DNA of 64,000 nucleotides from Octopus sinensis (GCF_006345805.1 NC_042999.1:86180001-86244000), one strand, 5' to 3'. Shown: positions 40,451 through 53,894, counted from the stretch's first letter. Program-made: numbers and translations. Notes: generated from the sequence alone by a model not told the origin.

Positions 40451-40944
40451 CACAGTTGTATGTGTATTTCCATGTATATCTGTTTGTGACTGTGTATTAT
40501 AATATTAATTTAGCAATGTGTAAGTGCATTCCCATGTGAATATGGGCAATAACTATGTATTTTTGTAAATAATTACCAACTGGTAAACAGTTGGCATTTT
40601 TTTCTAGTTATATTGACTATGCATGAGTAGTTAAAAGACATAGCGAAGAATCTCAGTTTATGTTGAAATAAGTGTTTCTAGTTTAGCAAACTAATTCCCA
40701 GATATACTCTCACTCAATCAGCAAATGGAAAGTTAATTTTCTCTGAGTGAATTAGGTACCATATGTACACGAATATTTATGGTTAAATAATTTCATTTAT
40801 TCATATAGTCAGTGTTGTTTTAGAGAGACATGGCTGTTTTTCTAAGTAAAAATTTTAAAGATATAGTGAGTTCTTACCTTTTTGCAATGTTGTAAAACGT
40901 CTGCGTAACTTAGTATACACAGAGATAGTAATTTTTTTTCCTAG

Positions 40945-40972
40945 GCAGTTCTATATATAGATTCTAAAAAGG
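40945..40972 (+). CDS. Candidate 28-nt coding exon (AVLYIDSKK)
   Basis: Strong acceptor tttttttttcctag and donor AGG|gtaagt; only one open frame. No homology evidence. Confidence 0.3.
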
Positions 40973-41567
40973 GTAAGTTACTACTGACATTCACTTTGTA
41001 AATGAAAGTTAATACAGAGATACAGTCTAGCCTATTTTGCTTTTAGATTTATTTAGATTGTAACAGTTTCCTTCGATTCTGTAAACATAAAAAATGTCAT
41101 CCGTGTATTTGCGAAAGAAGACATTTATGTGATACTCCTTTCAACAAAGCTAATACCTCCTACCTGCGTTGCTTCAAACTTTGATTTAAATACCTTCAAC
41201 AGATCATTCTCTACCTGCTTGACTTATAGTGCCCAGTCCCAATTGTTCTACTCTACCTACAGTTTCTATCAAATTCCATTACCAAGAATAAAATCTACAT
41301 TCCATTTGAAAAATATTTATAAGCAACATATTTGATAAGTTAACAACACAACTGACTCTACCCTGTTAGTTCAACATCTTGTTCATTGCTAATGTCAGAA
41401 ATGAATGAACTTAAATGGTTAGTCAAGAATATGCTAGATGTGATAGGAAGACGGGTCATGAGGTCCTTATCAATTTGCAAATTCGGTCGAAGGTCACGAT
41501 ACAAGGATAACACAATAGTTTACTTTTCTGAGAATCTGACTAATCTTTAAACATTCATATTGTAAAC

Positions 41568-41893
41568 CAGTGGTTCTCAACGAGGGCCCATATGATTTTT
41601 GGGGTCCACGCCACAAAACCGTAAATTGGGGATCCACAATAATATTTTAAGGGTCCCTGAAGAAAATTTTGCTTTAGATATATGTATTGGTATGTATTGT
41701 AAAAAACAATTAGGTTTCTTTCTCTATCATCTTACATAAGTCAACCTACACAAGATAATGTGTGAAAAACAAAATAGGAATTTTGAAAGAAGTGTCTATA
41801 AGACTAGTTCTTAAACATTGAAAGTCTATGAGGTCCACCGGAATAAAATAGTAATCAAAGGATTCCATAAGTAAAAAATGACTGAGAACTCTG
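41568..41893. mobile_element. hAT (Charlie-like) MITE
   Basis: TIR CAGTGGTTCTCAAC ... GACTGAGAACTCTG, with 8-bp TSD TTGTAAAC (41560-41567) and TTCTAAAC (41894-41901). Confidence 0.85.
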
Positions 41894-43854
41894 TTCTAAA
41901 CGATCTGAATGGCCAAACAAGGTATCAAATTATACAAGTGTTGTATCATTAGTTGAGCTCATCTATATATGTGAACTCAGTATCAGATCTTGTGGGGTTG
42001 ATTGGAGTGCTTACTGTTCTTACATAATTCCCGTTAGATGTTAATTAGAACAACTGTTGGCCAAGTTTACAAAGGGACCATTTCAACATTTCATGGTTAG
42101 ATAGTAACTCTCGAACTGAGTCGAAACGTTTAAGATAACGTTAACATTCTGGGAAGAATAATATTACTAAGAATTAAATCATAATTTAAATTATGAAGGG
42201 AAACCAGATCAGGATGAAGAGGGAAACTATTTCTGTATAAAAATCTGGAATAACAAGAAAAAGAAATAGAAGAAATCCTAATTGATGTAACAGCATTTTG
42301 GGTAAAATAAGTCATACTAATTGCCTTCATCCAGAGTTTACAATATGAGAAAGAGAAATATTTTTTTACAGAAAATATCAAGGTAGAAAACTCTTTGCAT
42401 TGATAATTGCTAAATTCTTGCTACGAAATGATACTGCACAAATAAATATGAGACAGACAATTGGTGTTCACAACAAACGTTATGAAGAAGGATAAATGTC
42501 TTGAATGAATCAAAGTAGATAGATAGATGCATAACGGTATCACTGCTTTTTGTGGAAGTTGTTCACAGAAATTATGGCAAATATTATTTTTAGGTAGTTA
42601 AACTAACCGGGTATGTTACCATCGCAGTATATGGAATGCGCCACACGAAGCCAAAATAAATTATTGACAGATAGATAAACAACCAAGAAAAGTGGACTTA
42701 CACTTCTTCGAATATAAAGACTTACTGCCAGAAGACCTATCATATAACTGGTTAAGGATGAGGAAGCAGAATACACAAGAATGAGATGCTAGGAAGCAAA
42801 TGTGTCCTATCTTTTGTAGGTAGCTTTAGAAAAATACCTAGGGTGGTTAACTGTCCATTATGATTTTTGGTGAAAAGTTATTATTTTTACAACCAGTTTA
42901 AAGGGATGCAAATGGAATAAAAGGCGGACGGTACAAAATCGATTATAATATTGCGTATCAAAATATAGAAGACCAAAAGTTACAAGTGGTGAAGTGAAAT
43001 AAAGAAGAACCGCTTAATTTACATAAAATGACCCCAGAGCAATGACGTCAACTGGATTTAGATTGTATGAAATATGGTGGAGATGGAGATGGAGATTAAT
43101 GCCAGAAGCTGGTGGGGAATATCATTTTCGAAGTGATTTAACTTTTAGTTGCAACCGAATATAAATGGTAGGCTGTACTTGACTAAATATTTGAAATTCA
43201 AAGAAATACTCTGGCGTATAACCATTGAAATTCCAATCTTGCGATACTAGAATTGAGATCTGGAAGCAAAAATGATGAGAGATATCAGAATTTCATGGGC
43301 TAGATTGCAGTTGGCGTCAACATAAGATGATCTCTTTGCATGGCCCTTAAATGAAAATAAAAACAGAATATCTAAAATACTATGAGCTACAGAATTGAAA
43401 AAGCGATCGGTGATTTAAGATAAAAACACATCGCAGCGTAAACTGCACGGGAACCCAAAATTAATGATCTAATTTATTGCCAAGTGTAATGAATCACGGC
43501 ACTGGTTTCTAAACCGAGAGAAGAATTATGAACTTAGTGGTGTCATATTGACGATTTTGATACACCATATTGTGATGGTGGACATGATGATAATGACAAT
43601 GATGACAATGATGATGATAACGATGATGATTAAGCAAATGGAGGAGAAGGAAATAGAATATTCATTGGAATTAACTCCATGACTTTTAGTTTCATAGAGT
43701 AAGTATAAGTTATATTGTTTTGCTTTTTCGATTTGGTAATGTTCCGAGGATTGATGACATGAAGTGATACTTTAATACGTAACCCTTAAACTACAAAAGA
43801 AATTGCTTGCCATTGATGCATACACGTACCTATAAACATCTGCATTCAGCAATA

Positions 43855-43971
43855 ACATCAACAACGTCATCAACAACATCAACAACATCAACAACGTCGT
43901 CAACAACATCAACAACGTCGTCAACAACAACAACAACAGCGTCGTCAACAACAACAACAACAGCGTCGTCA

Positions 43972-44012
<41 letters not shown>

Positions 44013-44058
44013 CGCTGCTGCTGTTGCGTCTGCTACAACAACAACAACAACAACAACA
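43855..44058. repeat. Compound trinucleotide array (CAA/CAT/CGT/ACT)
   Basis: Directly visible. Confidence 0.9.
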
Positions 44059-44938
44059 TATCTAAGCAATTTATTGAAGAGATAAAAGATTAAGTATTCC
44101 TGTAGTTGTTCTTAAAGAAGTAGTCAAGCGTCCATAATGAAAATAGAAATGGTTCAGAAATCAGTAAATCCAACATATCTAATGGACTGCTTGGCGTATT
44201 TAACTTGTCCTGTATTTATATATTAAGAAGAGAAAAACATATATTTACTTCCTCAAAGTTGCTAATAACAAACCTAAATATTGCTCTGGTTAAAAATCGT
44301 ATTTATTTACATTTCAAATAGTAAATTTCTGTTCATCGCAGACATTTTATTTTGCTAGAGCAACACTATTCATTCTAAACACCGAAGGTATAGATAAAAA
44401 AATTAAACAACAAAATTTTACTCTTGTAAACTTGATTTCAGAAAATAACACCAACGGATTCGAAACTGGTTACAATAGATATACAATCTAAAAAGACACT
44501 CCTTTTCTGTAAGTCATATGCGAAGCTTTTCTAGTTCAACAAGCAGGTGAAATATCTGATCTCTTTAAAGGACTTCTAAAACTAGCGAGGAGAAACATAT
44601 AAACCCGCAGCACGTTGGGTATCTGCAGAGAAGAGACCTAATGCATGTGGTTGTAACGCTAGCAAAAGTTATATTTGTAAGCGTATATACAATGAAATTG
44701 CGTATACGCAGACAAAATTTTTATCGGATGCGTATACACAATAAAATTATGTTTGTGCATGATTTTATGTGTCTGCGTGTATAAGCGTGTTTCGACTCTT
44801 TTTCTTCTGAGATATCTTAAAATTCTTCGAAGAATCCAAAACAAAATAGGAAGACATTTTTGGTTGAGCCAAAACAACTTTAGAGATTTATGAATATATG
44901 TTAGTTAGTCAACAGGTGCATATACATACATATATACG

Positions 44939-45006
<68 letters not shown>

Positions 45007-45145
45007 CACTTCGTATGCAACACAAATACACAGTCGTGTTCTAAAGAGACTTGCGCACCCGTTATATGAGTGCAAGTATACTCTCTCTCTCTCTCTGTCA
45101 CTCTCTCACACACACAAACACACACACACATAGGTGGATGCGCAA

Positions 45146-45243
45146 TGCTGGAGCCTCGTGGAACTTCAGGTGTTTTAGGAATAGAAACTGCGATCCTACG
45201 ACCGCGAGTTTGCTGCCCTAACCTCTAGACCATTGCGCCTCCA
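45146..45243 (-). mobile_element. SINE family C head fragment, internally deleted
   Basis: Minus strand GGAGGCGCAATGGTCTAGAGGTTAGGGCAGC...AAAACACCTGAAGTTCCACGAGGCTCC matches 11699-11822. Confidence 0.75.
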
Positions 45244-45264
45244 CCTATATATATATATATATAT

Positions 45265-45386
<122 letters not shown>

Positions 45387-45949
45387 TTGTGTATGAGTAT
45401 ACTTGCACTCATACACGGGTACGCAAGTGTCTTTAGAACACGACTCTGTGTATTTGCGTCGCATGTGATATGCTGGACGCACTAACCAGATCTAATTTAA
45501 ATTACACCCTAGCGTCTTAAAAACAGAGATCGTGACTAATATATATCGCTGAAGAGAAAAAGAAAAAAGCCCAATTGACTGGACGGTAATGGTTAGAATA
45601 ATTGTGACCATAGGTCTACCTGCCCAGTGCTGACTTGGAGCAAAATATTTTTGTACTTTCCCTTGTTATATACGATAGAATATGCTTACGTAGATACATA
45701 CACATATATACATATGTTAATAAAAACAGCTGATGTCACTTTTTGTTTATCTTTTTACGTTTCAAAACTGTTTTGGTTTTGTCTTTCGTTTATTTATTTT
45801 TTTTTTGTGTGTATTGTTTCATCTTTTACTGTTGACACCTTTTACTATTAGCTTTCATCTCTGTTTTAACCTCTAAGTTAACTATCTGAAGAGTTTTGTA
45901 AAACATTATGTCCGTCTTGTCGATTTTATCGAACATACAAACACACATA

Positions 45950-46063
45950 CATGTATGTATGTATGTATGTATGTATGTATGTATGTATGTATGTATGTAT
46001 GTATGTATGTATGTATGTATGTATGTATGTATGTATGTATGTATGTATGTATGTATGTATGTA

Positions 46064-46152
<89 letters not shown>

Positions 46153-46180
46153 ATGTATGTATGTATGCATGTATGTAGTC
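45950..46180. repeat. (TATG)n/(TG)n array
   Basis: Directly visible. Confidence 0.95.
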
Positions 46181-47016
46181 AAGCACAGACTACGCAATCA
46201 CACACACACACTCGTACATACACATGCGATTGCACATGCATACACAAGCATACACACATATTAATAATGTTCACCGCTGGTCGCTGTTCTGAATGGCATT
46301 AATTATTCTTGTATGTATAAAGTACGCCAGCATGCAACGCATCGTTAGTCACCTACTTAAACTCGTGAAAGTCTCACCAATATAAGATATATTATGATGC
46401 TGACAAATGCACTGCGGACAAATTGTAAATAATACGGCGCTTATCATTCCGATGATATTTGTAGCGTTATTTGTTGATTTTGGTATTCTTTGTGCTCTTT
46501 TCCAAGAATGGGCTTCTTAATAAATTGTTTTTAGTAGAGTATCATTAGCATATCATTTGTTTGTTGCATATGGTGTTCTGTTTGGATACTTTATCAAACA
46601 CCATTTCATCAGGCTTGTAATGGATAGTCATTTAGTTTTCATAGTAGGTTTAAAAATATTGCCAGCGTTTGTTTCTGCTTACTATCAGTGTTCAATTTTT
46701 TTGTTTGCTTTGTATATGTTAAATTCGTTAAAGGTCTTATCGGCTGGCATGAAGGGATATCTATGTCTTACACACACACACACACACACACATATATACA
46801 CACACACATACACCCACACACACACATACACACACACACACACACACACGCACACACATGCGCACGCACGCATGCACGCAACATTATTGGCTCCACTCAA
46901 CACAGTCTATTTATATTAAGTACTTGTTTCGTTAAACTTTTATCGGCTATGAAGAGTAAAAATTCAGGTTCCCTTACAGACATGTTATAAATACAACAAT
47001 AACAACAAAATAATAA

Positions 47017-47055
<39 letters not shown>

Positions 47056-47129
47056 TTTAATCAGTACCAGTGGAGTACTGGGATCGATGTAATTGACTGT
47101 CTGCCCCACACCTAGGGGTGGAGGAATGC

Positions 47130-48045
47130 ATAAAACTTGAGTGCATTTCATTGCATGTGTGTCTGGAGTCATGTCAGGAAGCAATGCTGAAGGCAGCGCC
47201 AAATGAGAACATACTAGCAGAGACAGAACCTTTGGTTTAGTTTTAAGAAAAAGTACAGGAGGAGAAGCTAACGTTATGGTAGTGTTTTCACATGAAAATC
47301 AGAAGCTAGCTGGACCTGAGTCATGGAAGCAGTTGCTGAATGACCGTCTGAAGAAAGATACCGAATGGATGATCTTTGCAGCCCTTGAGAACAAATTCTG
47401 TCAAGTACTCTATTGACCACACATCAGAGTCACCGCCGTGTAGAAAATGTGGGCTGGAAACCGAGAGTATACGTCAAATTATCAGTGGCTACTCACAAAA
47501 AATAGCACAAAAAATAGTAGCGACACCGACACAATAAGATCGCTCTTAGGGAAACTCTACAAGAATATGAGTTTCCGTGCACAGATAAGTGGTGTGACCA
47601 TATTCAGCAGGATTTGGTTGAGAATGAGCGACAGAAGCTCATTGCGACATGACCGTCTATATAGAGAAGCGTGTGGACCACAATCACTCTGATATCACAA
47701 CTGTGCACAAAGACACACATGAATGTGTCAGGATAGACATCGCTGTTCCGGAATTCATCGAGAGTGTGAAACTAGACAAATAGTAGGATTTGGCGTGTCA
47801 GTTACGGGAAATACATCAAGTAACTGTCATTTTTTTATCGGTGTACTCCAAACAATTCCAAAGAATTTGGATGCAATACCTGAAATCTTAAACACATTAG
47901 ATATATCATGCAATGCATAAATAGCTGCTGAGCTTAGAGCAGCTCATATGCTGAGGAAAGTGTTGTGCCTCTGAGCCGCGAGCAGGAGCTAAGGCATAAT
48001 TAAGCACAACCCGACCATAAAAGATCTATGTGTTCGAGAAAACAG
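47130..48045 (+). mobile_element. Degenerate R4/Dong-like RLE LINE, 3' part (copy 1)
   Basis: IFAALE, CRKCGLETESIRQIISG, RHNKI, DHNHSDI and IDIAVP fragments; followed by (AAT)n. Confidence 0.75.
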
Positions 48046-48059
48046 CGATAATGATGATG

Positions 48060-48115
<56 letters not shown>

Positions 48116-48116
<1 letters not shown>

Positions 48117-48306
48117 GTTTCAAATTTTGGCACAAGGCCAGCGATTTCGGAGAGAAGGTGAGTCGATTAAATCGATCCCAGTGATAAACTAGTAACTATT
48201 TTATCAACTCCGAAAGGATGAAAGGCATAGTCAACTTCGGTAGAATTTGAACTCGGAACATATAAAAACGGACGAAATGCCGCAAAGCATTTTGCCCGGC
48301 ATGCTC
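48116..48306 (-). mobile_element. SINE family B
   Basis: Reverse complement of the B body; its (ATT)n tail is the (AAT)n array at 48046-48115. Confidence 0.8.
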
Positions 48307-48377
48307 ACAGAAACAACAACAACAGCAATAATGATGAGAATGATGATGACGATAATAATAATAATTATAACAACAAC

Positions 48378-48408
<31 letters not shown>

Positions 48409-48429
48409 GTAACAATCATGTTGGGACTA

Positions 48430-49790
48430 ACTATCATAAATACCGGTTGGTGGTAACCTAAAAACACATCTCATTTGTGCGTGAAAATGCTAAGCAAATT
48501 AAATTATGATAACAGTGTGAACGAGACTATAGTGAAGGTGCCCCACAGTGCAGCAGAGCGGGTCCGGTCGTAATCCAACGACTGTTAGCCGAACTGCAGG
48601 TCATAGTCCTTGTACTGGTCAAATTATGCAACCTGCTCGCAAACGCAAGTGGTCTGCTGATATGAGCTAAAAGGCGATCTAGTGCCATGGACAAGCCTTG
48701 CTAGACAAAAACAATGACAAATGTAAAGCTGTCAGAAAAAGATCATTAGAATTTTGGAACTAGCTGGGCATGTTCCAGATTACTGAAAATGGATTCATAA
48801 ATCAGATAAGAATAATTAGGAATAAAGGCTTTCTTAATGAGGCTTAGATTTAAGCAATCATGAAAAGCCTCTGTAGCGGAGAGAATCTTGAGGAGAATAA
48901 CGTAGGTGAAGATCAGCGCATACATAGCCATACAAGGTGAAGTTATAGTGGAGGAGAAGCCGGCCAATCAATATAATGTAGAAAACCCTGAAATAAGAGA
49001 GGATATGACTGAGGAACGGAGAAACTCCAGGAAGACTCGATGATATAATAATTACAAGAACAGAGACTAAGTCTGTGAATCTAAGAAGCTTCGACTCTAA
49101 CAATGTGAAACGCGCGACCCAAAAAGCTGATGAGATTCTGAAATGCAATCTAATAAAAGATCTAACGGAAACAAGGGCCTTGATAAGATCCGCTTCAATT
49201 TTAGTAGGTGAACTGGTTGGAAAGAAAGAGAAGAAAGTAGACGGACAGAAGGAGCTATGGTGAAAGTGAACAATTGAAGGCGATATTCTAACTTTGCGTA
49301 AAGATCAGAGCCACATAGAAGAGCGGTCCAAAGGGCAATGGTAAAATGGAAAAGAAAATACAAGGTCATATCTTGACGCGAAGTACCAAATAGGAAAGGA
49401 AGGGTTCACAATTTATGCGTGCTAAAACATTAAAGGTGCAACGTTACACTGATCGCACATCGCAGTTCCAATAAAACCAGTTACTCTCAAATAACTAGAA
49501 GCAGTTTTTTAAGGGCTTGGGAGGAAATACACCTCCTGAAACAGAAGAAATTCGCAAATTTTGAAATAACATCTAGGAGCAAGGTGTTTCGCACAAACAC
49601 AGTGTTAAGTGGATTCATTCCGAGATATCCAAACTCCACCACCCAGAGGTTCCACGACAGGAGCATATGTGCGAAACAACAGATGTCATTGCACAGATAT
49701 CAAAACTGCGAAACTGGAAAGCGGCAGGACCAGACGGAGTTCAAGGCTACTGGCTCAAGTGGTTCAGGTCAGTACACAAGAGAATCAGAA
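48430..49790 (+). mobile_element. R4/Dong-like LINE, 5' half (copy 2, N-terminus to pre-RT)
   Basis: ARKRKWSADM...RKRSLEFWN*LGMFQITE...NQIRII, IKDLTETRALIRSASILVGELVG and LRNWKAAGPDGVQGYWLKWF; it begins right after an (AAT)n array. Confidence 0.8.
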
Positions 49791-50075
49791 ATAATGATAA
49801 TAATGATGATAATAATAATGATGATGATGATAATAATGATGATAATAATAATGATGATGATAATAATAATGATGATGATAATAATAATGATGATGATAAT
49901 AATAGTGATGATGATAATAATAATGATGATAATAATAATGATGATAATAATAATGATAATGATGATGATAATAATAATAATAATGATGATGATAATAATA
50001 ATGATGATAATAATAATTATAATAATAATGATGATGATAATAATAATAATAATGATGATAATAATAATAATAATG

Positions 50076-50109
<34 letters not shown>

Positions 50110-50215
50110 TGATGATGATGATGATGATAATAATAATAATGATGATAATAATAATAATAATAATAATGATAATAATAATAATAATGATAATAATGATGAT
50201 GATGATGATGATGAT
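49791..50215. repeat. ~425-bp compound (AAT/GAT)n array
   Basis: Directly visible. Confidence 0.95.
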
Positions 50216-50822
50216 GGAGACAAGGAAACTACTAACATCTAAGAACATGCACAACCCAAAAGCAGACGTTCGTCGTCTCTACCTACCTAGAAGAATTGGG
50301 AGAAGGGGAATGATGCAGGTAGAACTGTGCTATAAGAACTCCACAATACTAACGAACAAGTTCTTATCTAGTACAGAAGACTAGATGCTGCGGCTTGCGT
50401 GCAAACACGAAAGTAGCAAAAAATCACATTCTATTATCAAGGAAGCTTGCAAGCTCGCAAGGAAGCTTGGCATTAACCCTGAATTAAATGAAGAACCTGA
50501 AACCACTACCACAAAACAAGCCAAACAGATCAAGCAGACAGCAAAAAAGAACGGGCAGAAACAAATTAAGGAGCAGTAGAGCCAGAAGTCTCTGCATGGA
50601 TAGTATATAATTCGAAGTCAAAACGCTGATGTAGACCAAACAACAACCCATCAGTGGTTGAGAAGCTCAGGACTGAAAGCAGAGACTGAAGGTTTCATAT
50701 TGACGGCACAAGATTAAAGCTTGCTTACAAAAGACTACCAGGCTAACGTTCTTCAAAACCGTTCAAACACTAAACGCAAATTCTGCGATAAATTTGATGA
50801 ATCAATAGACCATCTCGTCTCT
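50216..50822 (+). mobile_element. R4/Dong-like LINE middle fragment (same subfamily as 54506-56450)
   Basis: RKLLTSKNMHNPKADVRRLYLPRRIGRRG and WLRSSGLKAETEGFILTAQD; aligns to about 55207-55794. Confidence 0.85.
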
Positions 50823-50859
50823 TGTTTAGTAATTGATCCATTCTGTCATTTGATTTCAG

Positions 50860-51146
50860 GATTGTAAAGGAAGAATATGAAAAATGGCAAAAGTAATTTG
50901 AAATTGAAGTATCTAAAATTTGGAGTATGAAATCTGTAAAGTTTATGTCTGTAATAACTGGTGTATTAATAACTGTGAATAATGATGTAGACAAATGGTT
51001 GAAAGAGACTGGAATAGAATGTCCTCTTAGGGAAAGGAAAGATTAAGAAAAGGGCTTTGGATATCTAAGGTTACAGGTAGTAACCCACTACCCATATAAA
51101 TTCTACCAGGAATAAGAGCAAACCTGAGTTAAATCGAATAATAATG
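50860..51146 (+). mobile_element. Degenerate RLE LINE 3' end
   Basis: EIEVSKIWSMKSVKFMSVITGVL-like C-terminal motif, then UTR ending in AATAATAAT. Confidence 0.5.
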
Positions 51147-51192
51147 TCACACACACGTACATAGTGCGTATACATACATACATACATATATG

Positions 51193-51253
<61 letters not shown>

Positions 51254-52319
51254 GTAGCGAACAGACATAGATGCTCTCCCATCCTTGACTCAACAGAAGA
51301 TGGAGAATGTGATAGATGGAGTGAGAGAACTCTATCTGCAGTCGGCTAGTGCTAATTTCCGGCTGAGGAGACAGGAGCAATGTGAAATTTAATGCCTTAC
51401 TCCACAGCACAACATACCATCCAATGGTCATATCCATGCATATTCCACCAGATTACAAATTGTTTCGTGGGATATCTATACTAATAAACTGTCCATTGAT
51501 ACCGAAAAGGGATGAGGCGTCAATTTCCTTTGGTTGTTACCCTCGTATTCCTTTGCCTCATGCATTGTGGTAGCAGATTGTGGGTAGATGTGTTGAGCAC
51601 CAAATTCACTCATTGTATCACCCCTTTTGGGTTTTAAATACTAAGTGTAGGCTTCCATACGCCCTAGCCCAATCAATGGAACAAGTATTGTCCTCCACAT
51701 CGGACATGATTTCCTCCATTTATTTTGTTGATTTGCGTGCAAATGGAAGAACTCCCTTTTCCTGCTAGTTCGGGAAGAGCAGAGCCACGTTAGTTTCTAC
51801 ATTATCCATTTTCCCATATTCATTTTTCTCAGGATCCGATTAATATCAATCACCTCTGTCTTATTAGCAATATTAGCAGAACTACTGCTATTGCTATTAA
51901 CATTACTAGAAATATATTTTTCTTCATTCGTTAGAATATGTTATGTATTGTATGTTTGTTCAAATATATTCATTTTCTTTTTTTTTCTATTTACCTTTTT
52001 TTAAAAAATCTTTTTATCTTTAGTGAAATTTTTATCGAAATTCTTGAGAGTGTGTAGCAATTTTTTTCTTCTACCAGACAAGAGGCCATCTCCACAACTT
52101 GTAAACAACAATTAAACAAAAAGAAAAAAAAATTATGCAAATATTTAAAAGTGTAGACGTCTAAAAGTTTCAGCAGTCCCCTGTTTACAAAATGATAAAA
52201 AATAAGAAAAACAGAAACCAGAAAAGATTTTCTTAAAGTAAATGTAGTAAAATCTAACTTTTCGTAGAGCTATCTCATGAGACGCCCGTACACTTCAACA
52301 CAAAAATATAAAACAAAAA

Positions 52320-52324
52320 CAATA

Positions 52325-52366
<42 letters not shown>

Positions 52367-52367
52367 G

Positions 52368-52409
<42 letters not shown>

Positions 52410-52462
52410 ATAATAATAATAATAGTAATAATAATAATATTAATAATAATAATTATAATAAT
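52320..52462. repeat. (ACT)n(AAT)n array
   Basis: Directly visible. Confidence 0.95.
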
Positions 52463-52924
52463 ATTTTGAAAAAGAAGTGACAGATCTAACTTCAAATAAA
52501 AAAGAAACATACGAGCAATATATATAATTAACTAAAGTTTCAATTTAATAAATTGGAAATTAAGTGTACTAAAGAACCTAGACAAGAAAACAGCAAATTA
52601 TAATATGATATTTAAAATGCACTACCCTAAATTCTTTTAAACATAGTATACTTTCAACGCTCTAAAAGAGAGAATTACTTAAATAACTAATGGAAGAAAG
52701 TTTGTAGAAAATGAGGCTTTTTCTACAAATTAGTCAGGGAAAATAATAATAACAAGAAACTATTTTCATAAGAAATGTTTTAATCTTCATTGTAGAGGTT
52801 GATATATAGAGAAAAACGGAATATCAAAACAGTATAACAACTGAAAAAGCAGAAACAACCATAATATGAGAAACATTTTTACATATTCCGACACTAGCTT
52901 GAATGGACAGGTTTTAATATAGTT

Positions 52925-53212
52925 CTATATTTAATATATGAGGAATTATGTACTTTATTTACATTTTTTACATTCGACGGATATTTGAACTCATCTTGTT
53001 TGTAGTTAATACAACGTTTCGGCTGATATACCCGCCAGCCTTCTTCAGGTGTCTTGGACAAATTTTGAACCTGGATTCTCATTCCTAAAGTATTCTTCGA
53101 TGTTATTATTTTTATTATTTTTATTATTATTATTGTTCATGTCACTGCTTGGAATCGAACTCGGAATCTTGGGGTGAGTAGACTGCGCTCTTAACCACTA
53201 CGCCATATGCCC
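52925..53212 (-). mobile_element. tRNA-headed non-autonomous element carrying a hammerhead motif
   Basis: Minus strand: TGGCGTAGTGG (A box), GAGTTCGATTCC (B box), an (AAT)-rich linker, then the hammerhead core. Confidence 0.7.
53008..53053 (-). ncRNA. Minimal type I hammerhead ribozyme motif
   Basis: gacac CTGAAGA a ggctg-gcgggtatat-cagcc GAAA cgt t gtatt: canonical core, 5-bp stem II, palindromic AACGTT stem III, and stem I with one mismatch. Confidence 0.72.
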
Positions 53213-53232
53213 ACGGGCATATGATGATGATG

Positions 53233-53570
53233 ATGCCCGAATGCAATACCAGGTAGTGGCTCTCAAGGCTTCTGATCTCCACTGATTAGAAGTGTTATCA
53301 TGTACATTGTTTTGTCTTGGTGTAAAAATGGGTTACAGCAAATATTCTGCTCAATACCACAGATTTGCTTGTCAGTTGTTTGACATTAACCAGTTGAGCA
53401 TGTCCCTTAGTGGCTGACAATATTTGCATCGCTGATCACGAGCAGGAGTTGTGGGGGAGCATCATAACCATGTGTTGAGAGGAATTATTTGGGATATGAA
53501 TAATTCACCTCTGGAAACATGGGTGTTTCGTTCAACATCCGTAATCAACCCTTATTCAAAGGACCTTTTA
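53233..53570. repeat. Probable interspersed repeat of unknown class
   Basis: Higher-complexity block abutting the tRNA head through a small palindrome (ATGCCC-AC-GGGCAT). Recognised only from general familiarity with octopus repeats; single copy in this window. Confidence 0.4.
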
Positions 53571-53818
53571 AGTAGGATGGGCTACTAAACTTTAAAAAAT
53601 TATAACTGGCTCCCACCTGCAAAATAATGCGCTGTTTATCTAGATATGAGATCACCGTGTCGAGCACAAACAGTTGTGATGCATGTGTCCAGTGTACCTT
53701 CATCAGATAGGGAGTCATAATGGGTATATTAAGCGTCATATATTTGTAGCCCAGTGTCATTATTATACCAACCGCCACTCTCTCACTCAATAATAATAAC
53801 AACAACAACAACAGTAAC

Positions 53819-53856
<38 letters not shown>

Positions 53857-53894
53857 TAATAATAATAATAATAACAACAACAACAATAATAATA

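Noticed and set aside
49584-50384. 266-aa and 191-aa ORFs with poly-I/M and poly-N/D
   Set aside because: Read-through of the (AAT/GAT)n array joining two LINE fragments; not a plausible protein.
53140-53212. tRNA gene
   Set aside because: A and B boxes are present but there is no proper acceptor stem. It and the other tRNA-like heads in the window are SINE-type derivatives.
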